Positions 29,036-38,420 of a stretch of DNA of 64,000 bases are shown here, piece by piece (position 1 is the stretch's first letter; each line of letters opens with the position of its first letter). The notes under the pieces are model-generated. The model was not told the origin of the DNA, did no database searches, and saw only the letters and a program-made list of their open reading frames with translations. The stretch is from an uncultured bacterium (lineage in GTDB: Bacteria; Patescibacteriota; Minisyncoccia; Phycocordibacterales; UBA9973): the NCBI GenBank assembly GCA_903894565.1, contig CAITQP010000011.1, positions 6,515 to 70,514 of the forward strand. Reading direction: 5' to 3'. The position numbers were made by a program, and so were the translations under genes.

Positions 29036-30052
29036 ATGTCAATCACGCGCGAATACAACGTTCCGCTCAGTACGCTCTCTACGTTTCGTATTGGCGGAAT
29101 TGCCCGAGAAGTTGTTACTGTTACAACAGAAGATGACCTAGCCGAAGTTTTCCGCCTTATGCCACAAGGTCAAAAATGGTTTTTGCTTGGCGGAGGCTCA
29201 AATATTGTCTTTCCCGACGGTGACCTTGATATGACGCTTATTCGTCCTAAAATTCTGGGGATACGGCTCGAGCACGATATCGAGCTGGTTGTAGGTTCCG
29301 GAGAAATCTGGGATTCTGTTGTCGCCTTCGCTGTGGAAAATGATCTTTCAGGTATTGAGACGTTGTCATGGATTCCAGGTACTGCGGGAGCAACTCCCGT
29401 GCAAAATGTTGGTGCATACGGAACAGAAATCAGTGATGTACTCACATCTCTTCGCGCTTTTGACTTGTGGACTAAATCGATTGTTACTTTTTCAAACAAA
29501 GACTGTAAATTTGGATATCGCGATAGTATTTTTAAGCATGGAGGCAAAGGACGATATGTCATTACTGAGATTACGCTCGCGCTCTCGCGCGAGCTTCCAG
29601 ACGTGCCTCAATATCCAGGAGTCGCCGACTATCTGGCCGAGCACAATATTCGCGCAGCAAGCCTTGTCGATATTCGAAGTGCAATAATTGCGATTCGTAC
29701 CAAAAAACTCCCAGATCCAAAAGAAGTCGCATCGGTCGGTTCGTTTTTTAAAAATACTTTTGTTTCGATTGAGAAAGCGAATCAATTGCGTGCTGAGTAT
29801 CCTACACTCGCGATCTATGGTATCGACGAAAAAACCGCAAAAGTGGGCACAGGCTCACTCATAGATACAATGGGCTGGAAAGGGAAACGTATCGGCAATT
29901 TTTCACTCTATAAAGGTAACGCAATGGTGATTGTAAATGAAGGGGCAGGCACGAGGGCCGAACTTGGCGACGTGGTTCGTCAAATTCAAAATGCTGTGCA
30001 CGAAAAGTATGGAATCAGTATCGAACCTGAGCCGGAGTTGCTCGTGTTCTAG
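29036..30052 (+). CDS. murB: UDP-N-acetylmuramate dehydrogenase
   Basis: LGGGSNI, IPGTAGATPVQNVGAYG, FGYRDSIFK and GSFFKN motifs. Confidence 0.96.
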   Translation: MSITREYNVPLSTLSTFRIGGIAREVVTVTTEDDLAEVFRLMPQGQKWFLLGGGSNIVFPDGDLDMTLIRPKILGIRLEHDIELVVGSGEIWDSVVAFAVENDLSGIETLSWIPGTAGATPVQNVGAYGTEISDVLTSLRAFDLWTKSIVTFSNKDCKFGYRDSIFKHGGKGRYVITEITLALSRELPDVPQYPGVADYLAEHNIRAASLVDIRSAIIAIRTKKLPDPKEVASVGSFFKNTFVSIEKANQLRAEYPTLAIYGIDEKTAKVGTGSLIDTMGWKGKRIGNFSLYKGNAMVIVNEGAGTRAELGDVVRQIQNAVHEKYGISIEPEPELLVF

Positions 30053-30083
30053 TCTGGGTGTAGACTTTAGGAAATCAGAGAAA

Positions 30084-30194
30084 ATGGATTTAAACAAGAT
30101 CCCAGGAACGACGTACGTGGGCGTAGTTGGCTTTCTTTGTGAGATAGCAATAGTAATATTCTATCTTAACAACACCTACGGCATACACTGGTAA
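30084..30194 (+). CDS. Putative 36-aa single-TM peptide
   Basis: MDLNKIPGTTYVGVVGFLCEIAIVIFYLNNTYGIHW, followed by a terminator-like hairpin at about 30210-30242. Confidence 0.4.
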   Translation: MDLNKIPGTTYVGVVGFLCEIAIVIFYLNNTYGIHW

Positions 30195-30246
30195 AAACGA
30201 AAATATTACTGACCTTGTTGCGGAAGCAATCAGGTCATTTTGGTAT

Positions 30247-31167
30247 TTATTTGAGTACGGCTGTAACGTCAGCAACCATTTTTTCAACGTTTTCTCGGAC
30301 AAAGTAACCATATTCATTTTTGCTGATGTTTTGATCTGCATGAGTGAACGTGATATTGCGCGCAGAGTGTACGAGTGCTCCCATGTGATCGGCGTTGAAA
30401 CATGGAAGTGTGTCGCTTGCGGTACCACCTTGTGCTCCATATCCAGGGACGAGGAAGAATGCTTTTGGCATCATTGTGCGGAGTATTTGGGCCTCTTCGG
30501 GGTGAGTCGCTCCAACAACAGCGCCTACTGAACTATATCCATGTGTTCCGACGAGGTCGTTTCCGAGTTCGGCGACAATCTTTGCGAGCACCGTATAAAG
30601 TGGTTCGCCTTGTTCATTTTTGATATCTTGAAAATCTCCAGAGCCAGGGTTGCTTGTTTTGACGAGGATAAAAATTCCTTTGCCGTATTTCTTACATGCG
30701 TCGACGAAGGGAATCAAACTGTCGCGACCAAGGAATGGCGAGACGGTGACACAGTCAGCATCAAAAATCGGATCTTCAGTGTCGATGATTTTGGTACGAC
30801 CGATAAATGCGTTTGCGTAAGCTTCAGCAGTTGAACCGATGTCGTTACGCTTCGCGTCAACGACAACGAGAAGTCCAGCGCTTTTTGCATACGAAATTGC
30901 TCGCTTCATCGCCCACATTCCTGGGACACCATATTGTTCGTAGAATGCACTTTGGAATTTGACCGCAGGGACGAGGTCCTTGATCTTGTCGATGATGCAT
31001 TCCGCCCATTCAAAAATACTGTCTTCGATGAGTTCGTTCTTCGTTTTGTCTTCACTTTCCGAGAAAAATGCTTGGGGTATGAGTTCCATGCGTGGATCAA
31101 GTCCAATAATGCAGGGGTTACCTTTTTCTTTGATTGCCTCGATGAGTTTGTCTGCGAAATTTTGCAT
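30247..31167 (-). CDS. pyrF: Orotidine-5'-phosphate decarboxylase (type 2)
   Basis: GLDP, DAKRNDIGST, VKTSNPGS, AVVGAT and LVPGYGAQGG motifs. Confidence 0.96.
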   Translation of the reverse strand: MQNFADKLIEAIKEKGNPCIIGLDPRMELIPQAFFSESEDKTKNELIEDSIFEWAECIIDKIKDLVPAVKFQSAFYEQYGVPGMWAMKRAISYAKSAGLLVVVDAKRNDIGSTAEAYANAFIGRTKIIDTEDPIFDADCVTVSPFLGRDSLIPFVDACKKYGKGIFILVKTSNPGSGDFQDIKNEQGEPLYTVLAKIVAELGNDLVGTHGYSSVGAVVGATHPEEAQILRTMMPKAFFLVPGYGAQGGTASDTLPCFNADHMGALVHSARNITFTHADQNISKNEYGYFVRENVEKMVADVTAVLK

Positions 31168-31192
31168 AGTTTAAATACTATACCATAAAATG

Positions 31193-32362
31193 CTATTTTC
31201 CTGAGGCGATGACTCTGCGGTAGTATTCGACGTATTCTTGGACTTTTGCTTCGGGCGTAAATTGTGATTGTGCAATGGTTTTTGCGTTTTTTCCGAGTGA
31301 ATCTACGAGTTCAGGATTTTTCGAAAGTTCGATGAGTTTTTGGGCCATGCTGTCGGTATCTCCGATCTTAAAAAGGAAACCCGTTTTGGCATTACTCATG
31401 AATTCTGGGATACCGCCAGCACGTGTGGCGAGGACGGGCTTGCCGTAGGCAAGCGTCTCAAGGATGCCCATGCCAAAACTTTCTTCTTCGGATGTGTATA
31501 TGCCGAGGTCCGAAGCACTGATGTAATTTTCGATATCAAGTACGCGGGGAAGCACAATGATACGGTTTTCGAGACCATGTTTTTTGACGAGTGGCTGAAA
31601 GACTGAAAAATCTCCGCCTGAGAGAACGAGCAATTTGATGCGAGGATGCTTTTTTACTTTTTTGATAATCTCGATCAAATCAGGAATGCGTTTGACAGGG
31701 CGAAGGTTTGAGAGATGGATGGCAAGGAACTCGTCGTCGCGTACGCCAACACTCGCGCGAATAGATTCGCGAGATTTTGTTGGAATTTTTGGATTATAAA
31801 AATTGTGGATGACTTTGATTTCTTTTTTTGTCTTGAGCACTTTGACTGTGTCCTTCTTGAGACTTTCAGATACGGCTGTTACTCCACACGAGCTCTCGAT
31901 CGAATATTTTATGACGGGCATAACAGTCTTGTCTCGGCCGAGGAGTGTGATGTCTGTTCCGTGAAGCGTGGTAACGACATGCGGGAAGGGAAGTTTCTCT
32001 TCATTGGCAATACTTTTGGCAAGGAGGGCTGCTGTCGCATGAGGCACAGCGTAATGCACGTGCAAAATATCAAGCTTGTATTTTCGTGATACATCAACCA
32101 TTTTGACTGCAAGTGGCAAAGTGTAATCAGGATATTTAAAAAGCTCGTATCCGTTGAAGGTTACTTTGTCGAACGAAATATTTGGCTCATTCGTATCGAG
32201 TTTAAAAGGCTCATCATAACTAATGAAATGTACTTTGTGTCCGAGGCGTGCAAGCTCGGTGCCAAGTTGTGTTGCAACGATACCTGACCCTCCGACAGAC
32301 GGATAGCAGACGATTCCAATTGCAAGATGTTTTTTTGAATTTATTTGTTGAGTATGTTTCAT
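31193..32362 (-). CDS. bshA: N-acetyl-alpha-D-glucosaminyl L-malate synthase
   Basis: IGIVCYPSVGGSGIVAT-LG, LHVHYAVPHA, TTLHGTDIT and HLSNLRPVKR, all BshA-diagnostic. Confidence 0.9.
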   Translation of the reverse strand: MKHTQQINSKKHLAIGIVCYPSVGGSGIVATQLGTELARLGHKVHFISYDEPFKLDTNEPNISFDKVTFNGYELFKYPDYTLPLAVKMVDVSRKYKLDILHVHYAVPHATAALLAKSIANEEKLPFPHVVTTLHGTDITLLGRDKTVMPVIKYSIESSCGVTAVSESLKKDTVKVLKTKKEIKVIHNFYNPKIPTKSRESIRASVGVRDDEFLAIHLSNLRPVKRIPDLIEIIKKVKKHPRIKLLVLSGGDFSVFQPLVKKHGLENRIIVLPRVLDIENYISASDLGIYTSEEESFGMGILETLAYGKPVLATRAGGIPEFMSNAKTGFLFKIGDTDSMAQKLIELSKNPELVDSLGKNAKTIAQSQFTPEAKVQEYVEYYRRVIASGK

Positions 32363-33054
32363 TTATATTTTCTTGATGAACCGAGTTTTTCCAGTGTGTC
32401 GATCATGATTGAATCATTTGCCCAAAGGCCAATCGCGTAGTCCACTCCAACTGTTGCACCAAGATATTTTGCTTTGCTTGTAACAAGGTTGATATATCCG
32501 CGTGTTTTCATTTGGCTTTCGTGGAGGCTCATTGCTTCTGCCCACTTTGAATATTCAGTGGTGACATCAATGATGATATCGGGACGTTTGTCGAATTCGG
32601 CACTTGAGGGATAGTAGTAGAGTGCTTCGATTGAGTGGACGGGGAGTGATTTGAGATCTTCGAGGCCGCCGTAGCGCGCGAGGCGGGACGCCGAGCGCGC
32701 AATGTGAGCAACAGCAAGATGGTCAGGGTGTTGATTTTCCGTGAGGGAAGGAGCAAGTACGATGTCTGGTTTCCATGTGCGAATAATTTCAGCGATTAGT
32801 TTGCGGTTGGCTGGAGTGTCTTCAATATGACAATCACCACCCATGTCAACATATTGAAATTCTGCACCGATATGCTTGGCTGCAGATTCCGCTTCCACCT
32901 TTCGTCCCTCGGGGGTTCCGTTCGACCCCGCTTCGCCAAGTGAACACACAATTATTTTAACCTGTGCGCCATTGTTGATTTCTTTAATGAGGAGACCACT
33001 AACACCAAATTCAACGTCGTCTGGATGTGCACCGATAGCAAGAATTTTTTTCAT
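32359..33054 (-). CDS. bshB1: PIG-L family deacetylase, BshB1-like
   Basis: GAHPDDVE, GEAGSNGT and HPDH motifs; adjacent to bshA. Confidence 0.85.
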   Translation of the reverse strand: MKKILAIGAHPDDVEFGVSGLLIKEINNGAQVKIIVCSLGEAGSNGTPEGRKVEAESAAKHIGAEFQYVDMGGDCHIEDTPANRKLIAEIIRTWKPDIVLAPSLTENQHPDHLAVAHIARSASRLARYGGLEDLKSLPVHSIEALYYYPSSAEFDKRPDIIIDVTTEYSKWAEAMSLHESQMKTRGYINLVTSKAKYLGATVGVDYAIGLWANDSIMIDTLEKLGSSRKYK

Positions 33055-33069
33055 AGAGATGGTTCGTAT

Positions 33070-33846
33070 TTATAGTTCTGGTAAATATGCGTAATTTGAA
33101 TCACTGATTTCGTCACGAGTTACAAAAGTTACGTCAGGGAAGTCGTTTTTATTCAGGTAGGCATCTTCACCTGCGCCACTGATGTAATGTGTACAATGTA
33201 GCACAGATTGCATCCATCGAAAGCGGTAATCTCGTCCTGGATTTTTTTGCGATTGTTCAATGTGTTCGGGAGCCGGAATTGTAATGTAGCTTCCTCCACC
33301 TTCGTGGAGACGAAAGGTGTCACCCGATTTTTCTGCGCGAACGATTTCGCCTTCATAAGGAATATCTGCATAGTAGTCGCTCGTGAGGTCGTCGGCTTGT
33401 TCGCGGAATAGTTTGTCACCCGAGCGTACGACTTCGATGCCATCGAGGAGTCCGAGTCGTCGATACATATCGAGGCAAAAATCTCCCGCGCTCGCTCCGC
33501 TCGCGCTCACAAATACGTCCACGAATTTTGCCGGTACCAATCGTGGAAGTTTACGAGCAATTTCATCCTGCCAGCCGAGAGGAATCATTTTGGCGTAGAG
33601 GGGACTATATTTTTTTTGAATTTTGTTCTCTTGGGTGAAATTGAGACGCACATCTTCGCCATTCAATGGATCACGAAAGAGGGTAATCGTCTCGCGATAA
33701 TCAGCATCTGAATCGTGGTAGAAAAACACAATTTTGCCACCAATTTCCTTTTGGAGTCGGCGTGCGGTGAGTATCTTGGCATAGAGATAGCGCTTGGGAA
33801 AAAATCCACATGGTTGCTGTCCGAAACAAATAATAGGCTCATGCAT
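33070..33846 (-). CDS. Short BshC-like protein
   Basis: N-terminal FGQQP...Y-K-LTA...VFFYHDSDADY-E resembles the BshC TGQQ...FW...EDHD-E core; first gene of the bsh cluster. Confidence 0.6.
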   Translation of the reverse strand: MHEPIICFGQQPCGFFPKRYLYAKILTARRLQKEIGGKIVFFYHDSDADYRETITLFRDPLNGEDVRLNFTQENKIQKKYSPLYAKMIPLGWQDEIARKLPRLVPAKFVDVFVSASGASAGDFCLDMYRRLGLLDGIEVVRSGDKLFREQADDLTSDYYADIPYEGEIVRAEKSGDTFRLHEGGGSYITIPAPEHIEQSQKNPGRDYRFRWMQSVLHCTHYISGAGEDAYLNKNDFPDVTFVTRDEISDSNYAYLPEL

Positions 33847-33907
33847 AGTCCCTCTACTCTACCATGTTCGCCAAATTCTGCGAGCCTGCTATAATCTGCG
33901 CACATAT

Positions 33908-35650
33908 ATGAAAATTTTTTACCATTACCTGAAAAAATATTGGAAATTGTGCGCATTAACCATTGTTCTTGCCAGTATCAACCAGATTTTCTCATTACTT
34001 GATCCATACATATTTCGCCATGTGATTGATGAGTATGCGATGAAGCCTGACATTTACACACGTGCGGAATTTTTCCATGGAGTCGGGTTGCTCCTTCTTG
34101 CTATCGTGGGTGTTGCTTTTATTTCTCGCACTGCAAAGAATTTTCAAGATTATTTTTTGAATGGTGTGAGTAAGCGCGTCGGTGCTGATTTGTATCGCGA
34201 CGGAATCGCTCATTCACTGGCACTGCCGTATGAGAGTTTTGAGGATGAGCGCAGCGGCGAAACGCTCGGGAAACTTCAGAAAGTACGTGATGATACAGAA
34301 AAATTAATCGCTGCGCTCATCAACATCCTTTTTGTCTCGCTCGTTGGGTTCATCTTTGTGGCAATCTACGCGGTTCATATTTATTGGGGTGTGGCTGTCG
34401 CGTTCCTTTCTACAGTACCGATCATCGGTGGAATGAGTTTATTGTTGTCTCAAAAAATTAAACGCATACAGACTATCATCGTCAGGGAAACAACAGCACT
34501 TGCTGGTTCGACGACAGAATCACTCCGCAACATCGAGCTCGTGAAGAGCCTCGGTCTCGCAGATCAGGAGGTTGATCGTCTCAATACGACAACAAACAAG
34601 ATTCTCAATCTCGAACTCAAAAAACTCCGTTACCTCCGCAGTTTGAGTTTTATTCAAGGTACTGTCATAAACTTTATTCGCACGAGCATTCTTTTTTTCC
34701 TTGTGTATCTCATTTTCGCGAAGGTTATTACCTTTGGTGAGTTCTTTTCTCTCTTCGTGTATTCATTCTTTGTCTTTAATCCACTTCAAGAGATGGGCAC
34801 AGTCATTTCAACATATCGTGAAGCTGAAGCGTCGCTTGCGAACTTCGAATTGCTTCTTAATGCACCAGTTGAGCATGAGGCAGAGAATCCAACGCCAATC
34901 GGTGTCGTAGAACATCTCGAGTTCAAGGATGTTTCATTCGGGTATAAAAGCGCACAAAATCAAGCCTTGGAACATATTTCCTACGATGTTCGTCGGGGAC
35001 AGACTGTCGCATTCGTCGGACCATCTGGCTCGGGCAAAACTTCAATGGTCAAATTACTTGTCGGCTTGTACCAACCAACGAATGGTGCGGTGCTCTACAA
35101 TGGCGTCCGTCATGACGAAATGCAAAAGGATGAATTGAGAAAACAAATTGGATTCGTCACGCAAGACACACAGCTCTTTGCTGGAACAATTCGTGAAAAT
35201 CTACGTTTCGTATATCCAAATGCAACTGATGCTGAATGTCTTGATGCACTCGTAAAAGCTCAGTGTCAAAATTTGCTCGCGCGCGGTGGACAAGGACTCG
35301 ACACTGTCATTGGTGAAGGTGGAGTAAAAGTATCTGGTGGAGAAAAACAGCGTCTCTCAATTGCTCGCGCCTTGCTCCGCAAACCGAATGTCCTCGTCTT
35401 TGACGAAGCAACAAGTTCTCTCGATTCACTTACTGAAGAGGAAATCGGAAAGACCATCAAAGATGTTTCTGAAGTTCGATCACATATTACGGTACTGATT
35501 GCGCACCGTCTTTCTACTGTTATGCACGCAGACACGATTCATGTTCTTGAAAAAGGAAAAATTGTTGAATCGGGGACACATACAGATCTGCTCGCGCAAA
35601 AAGGACTCTATTATGCGATGTGGCGACAACAAATCGGCGAGCGAACATAG
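33908..35650 (+). CDS. ABC exporter (fused TMD and ATPase)
   Basis: GPSGSGKT, VSGGEKQR and FDEATS motifs; six-TM N-terminus. Confidence 0.95.
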   Translation: MKIFYHYLKKYWKLCALTIVLASINQIFSLLDPYIFRHVIDEYAMKPDIYTRAEFFHGVGLLLLAIVGVAFISRTAKNFQDYFLNGVSKRVGADLYRDGIAHSLALPYESFEDERSGETLGKLQKVRDDTEKLIAALINILFVSLVGFIFVAIYAVHIYWGVAVAFLSTVPIIGGMSLLLSQKIKRIQTIIVRETTALAGSTTESLRNIELVKSLGLADQEVDRLNTTTNKILNLELKKLRYLRSLSFIQGTVINFIRTSILFFLVYLIFAKVITFGEFFSLFVYSFFVFNPLQEMGTVISTYREAEASLANFELLLNAPVEHEAENPTPIGVVEHLEFKDVSFGYKSAQNQALEHISYDVRRGQTVAFVGPSGSGKTSMVKLLVGLYQPTNGAVLYNGVRHDEMQKDELRKQIGFVTQDTQLFAGTIRENLRFVYPNATDAECLDALVKAQCQNLLARGGQGLDTVIGEGGVKVSGGEKQRLSIARALLRKPNVLVFDEATSSLDSLTEEEIGKTIKDVSEVRSHITVLIAHRLSTVMHADTIHVLEKGKIVESGTHTDLLAQKGLYYAMWRQQIGERT

Positions 35651-35762
35651 TCAAAATTCACATACTTTGAAATCCACAGCAACCTTTGCGACTCATTGAC
35701 AAGTCATGCATTAAGGAGTATAATATGAATCTTAACAGTTTGTAAGGTTTTTTGTATTTCTT

Positions 35763-36512
35763 ATGAATATTTCAATCAGTATGAAGAATAAGGCTTTGAA
35801 GGGCGCAATCATTGCTATGAGTCTCGGCCTAACCACTTTTTGTGGTGTTGCCTTTGCTCAGATGAGTCCGCTCGTTTCCGTTGGGCGTGTCGCACATCCA
35901 ACCAGTACATCGTACGGGTATGGAGTAACAACAACGACAACTGTTCCATTTCTCGGATTTGTTTCAGTTTCAAATATTGAACAAACATCTGCAACTTTTA
36001 CTAGTTCAATAACGAGTAACGGTGGAAGTACAATTACCGAGGATGGTTTCGTTTATAAATCAGTAACCCCTGGGGTTTCTTCAAGCGGCACTATCCCTTC
36101 AGATATACCAGCACCTTCAGGTGTTGGCGCAGTTACAGCAAACGTAACAGGACTTCTCTGTGGAACTAAATACTCAGATGAATTTTACGCAAAAAATGTA
36201 GACAGAGGTATTACATGGAGCGGTTCAGATATGAATGGTGAAGCCGCTACATTTACTACGCTCCCATGTACTGTCACGACAGTCGCAACGACTGGTGGTG
36301 GAGGAGGTGGAGGCTCAATCAGTGGAGGTGCAGGACACCCAATGTTTGCTCCATCTGATACAAACTCAGACGGAAAAACTGATATGGTAGATTACGCTCA
36401 GGTCATGGCAAACTGGGGAAGTACTACACCTGGAAATGGTGCTGACATCAATAAAGATGGCAAAGTTGATATTCTTGATATCGTCGACTTAATGGCAAAC
36501 TGGGCAAAATAA
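35763..36512 (+). CDS. Secreted protein with FN3-like domain, Gly linker and C-terminal dockerin
   Basis: Duplicated EF-hand-like DTNSDGKTDMVD and DINKDGKVDILD...MANW repeats. Confidence 0.8.
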   Translation: MNISISMKNKALKGAIIAMSLGLTTFCGVAFAQMSPLVSVGRVAHPTSTSYGYGVTTTTTVPFLGFVSVSNIEQTSATFTSSITSNGGSTITEDGFVYKSVTPGVSSSGTIPSDIPAPSGVGAVTANVTGLLCGTKYSDEFYAKNVDRGITWSGSDMNGEAATFTTLPCTVTTVATTGGGGGGGSISGGAGHPMFAPSDTNSDGKTDMVDYAQVMANWGSTTPGNGADINKDGKVDILDIVDLMANWAK

Positions 36513-36515
36513 TAT

Positions 36516-37211
36516 ATGAAAAAAATAACAGTATTGAGTGCGGTAACAGTTGTGAGTGCGCTCTTGTTCGCTGTTCCGGCATTTGCTCAAACATCTGCAG
36601 GATTTACACCAAGTACCGTGAATGTTGCACGAGGTTCCGAGTTTAGTTTTGTTGTCTCTGTTGATCCAAACGGAACAAGTAACTATGCAGAAAAATTGGT
36701 ACTCAAATATCCAGCGAGTCAGCTTGAAGTCGTTTCATTCACTCAGTCACCGAATTGGATGGCAATCCCATCACAAACAGGATACGATTTGATTGATAAC
36801 AAAAGTGGTGTACTCATCAAGACAGCTGGTTACGCAAATGGTATTTCAAGCAAAACAGATTTTGGAACAGTACTCTTTCGAGCGAAAGATTTCGGACCAG
36901 CAACAATTTCAGTAGGAACTGATTCACTTGCGTATGAAAAAAACACTCAGACCGCTATTTCTGGATCAGATCTCGTCGTTACCGTGAAAGCGCCGACACC
37001 TGTTGTAAGCAATACACCAACTGGCGCTGTCGCAGAAAAAACTGTTGCAACAAAACTGACTGTTTCAGAGCAACCTGCAGCTGCCGTAAACGCGGGAGTT
37101 TCCGTTGGAACAAAAACAGTGTACTGGGTTTTGGGAATCGCGATCCTCTTGGGAGGCGCATGGTTTGGCTACAAGAAATCACAAGAAAACAAAGACGTTA
37201 CGACTAAATAA
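36516..37211 (+). CDS. Cohesin-like domain protein with C-terminal membrane anchor
   Basis: P-TVNV--G--FS--V-V...L-YP---LEV...FGTV-FRAK--G-ATI cohesin pattern; Pro/Thr linker; TM plus basic tail. Confidence 0.7.
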   Translation: MKKITVLSAVTVVSALLFAVPAFAQTSAGFTPSTVNVARGSEFSFVVSVDPNGTSNYAEKLVLKYPASQLEVVSFTQSPNWMAIPSQTGYDLIDNKSGVLIKTAGYANGISSKTDFGTVLFRAKDFGPATISVGTDSLAYEKNTQTAISGSDLVVTVKAPTPVVSNTPTGAVAEKTVATKLTVSEQPAAAVNAGVSVGTKTVYWVLGIAILLGGAWFGYKKSQENKDVTTK

Positions 37212-37329
37212 TTTTACCTACAAACAAAAAACCACCATACGGTGGTTTTTTTGTTGTGCTGCTTTCCTTGCAACGTGAGTGGGACAGTTTATAATTGTAT
37301 GGTATCAATTAGTAAGCTAATAAAATAAT

Positions 37330-38061
37330 ATGGAATCATTTATGACCTTTTGGAAAAACCCAGAAAGTAACGGTGTAAAAAGTTTGATCGTTGTCGTAGC
37401 GCTCGTTCTTGTGGCTTCCTTTGTGTATAAGGGAATGCATACAGACGCACTCCAAAATACTGGAAGTGTCGGTATTTCTCCTACAGCAACTACTGGCACT
37501 GGTGTAGGTGCAGGGTCAGGAACTGGAACCGGTACAACGGTTTCGGGTTCAACATGGATTTGTCCGAGTGCGACAGCCCCAAGTTCTGCTGGAACTCTTA
37601 TCATAAATCCTGATCCACTTTTTCTTTCTGGAAATCTTACACATGGTAGCTCTGGAGCGCTTGGACAGTTCATCGTCTCAAATCCAACTGCGTGTCCAGT
37701 TGCGCTTCTCCGCATGCAATTTGGTTTGAATGATTTGACTCCAACTGACGTCTTTAAGGTTGCTGTGTTTAGTGGTACGAGCATGTTTGGTAATCCTATT
37801 CTCGTTGTTCCAACATCAGTGAGTGTTCCAAATCATTCGTTGGTATACACCTCGACAACTTCAAGTGGCCTCTTGGTTCCACCAGGTGGTTCAGTTACTT
37901 TGACGATGCAGAGTAACGTTGCAACAAGTGCTGTGATTGGTAATTCATTGACTGTGCAACTCTACAAGCTGGCGGGTCGTGATCTTACAGGTATAACTCC
38001 GTATATGTGGACTGCTCATGTCACATCGCCTGTGATTTCAAGTTTGATGACAATCATCTAA
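37330..38061 (+). CDS. Membrane-anchored Gly/Thr/Ser-rich surface protein
   Basis: N-terminal TM, GTG-rich linker and beta-rich domain. Confidence 0.7.
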   Translation: MESFMTFWKNPESNGVKSLIVVVALVLVASFVYKGMHTDALQNTGSVGISPTATTGTGVGAGSGTGTGTTVSGSTWICPSATAPSSAGTLIINPDPLFLSGNLTHGSSGALGQFIVSNPTACPVALLRMQFGLNDLTPTDVFKVAVFSGTSMFGNPILVVPTSVSVPNHSLVYTSTTSSGLLVPPGGSVTLTMQSNVATSAVIGNSLTVQLYKLAGRDLTGITPYMWTAHVTSPVISSLMTII

Positions 38062-38079
38062 ATTATCCTTCATTTGAAT

Positions 38080-38118
38080 AATAAAAAATCCGAGCAACTT
38101 TGCTCGGATTTTTTATTT
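38080..38118 (+). terminator. Intrinsic terminator
   Basis: AATAAAAAATCCGAGCAA...TTGCTCGGATTTTTTATT. Confidence 0.85.
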
Positions 38119-38169
38119 TGATACGTTACCACTAATTGACATTAGTGTCTAAATATGGTAAATTGCGAA

Positions 38170-38420
38170 TAATTATGTCACGCTCGTTGAAAATAGAAAT
38201 CGACAATCTATCTAAGTAAGAGCGCATGGTGCGCATCATGTGTGCATCGTGCGCTCTTACCTAGGTACGCGAAATCGCAAGTTCCCCTCCGCAAAAGTAA
38301 AACTCAATAGTACATAATGGCGCGCCTGCCATGGAGATGAGTTACGTAAGAAAGCTGACGCGGGAAAGACCGAATTTTCACCCGGATTAAATTAAAAGTC
38401 TCCAACGGGGGAGCAGAACC
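38170..38420 (+). promoter_or_regulatory. Long structured 5' leader or ncRNA
   Basis: TTGACA-17-TAAATT promoter (38136-38164); long hairpin 38216-38260; further stems before the ATG at 38421. Confidence 0.45.

Noticed and set aside
36293-36330. GGT/GGA repeats
   Set aside because: They encode a poly-Gly linker rather than a DNA repeat element.
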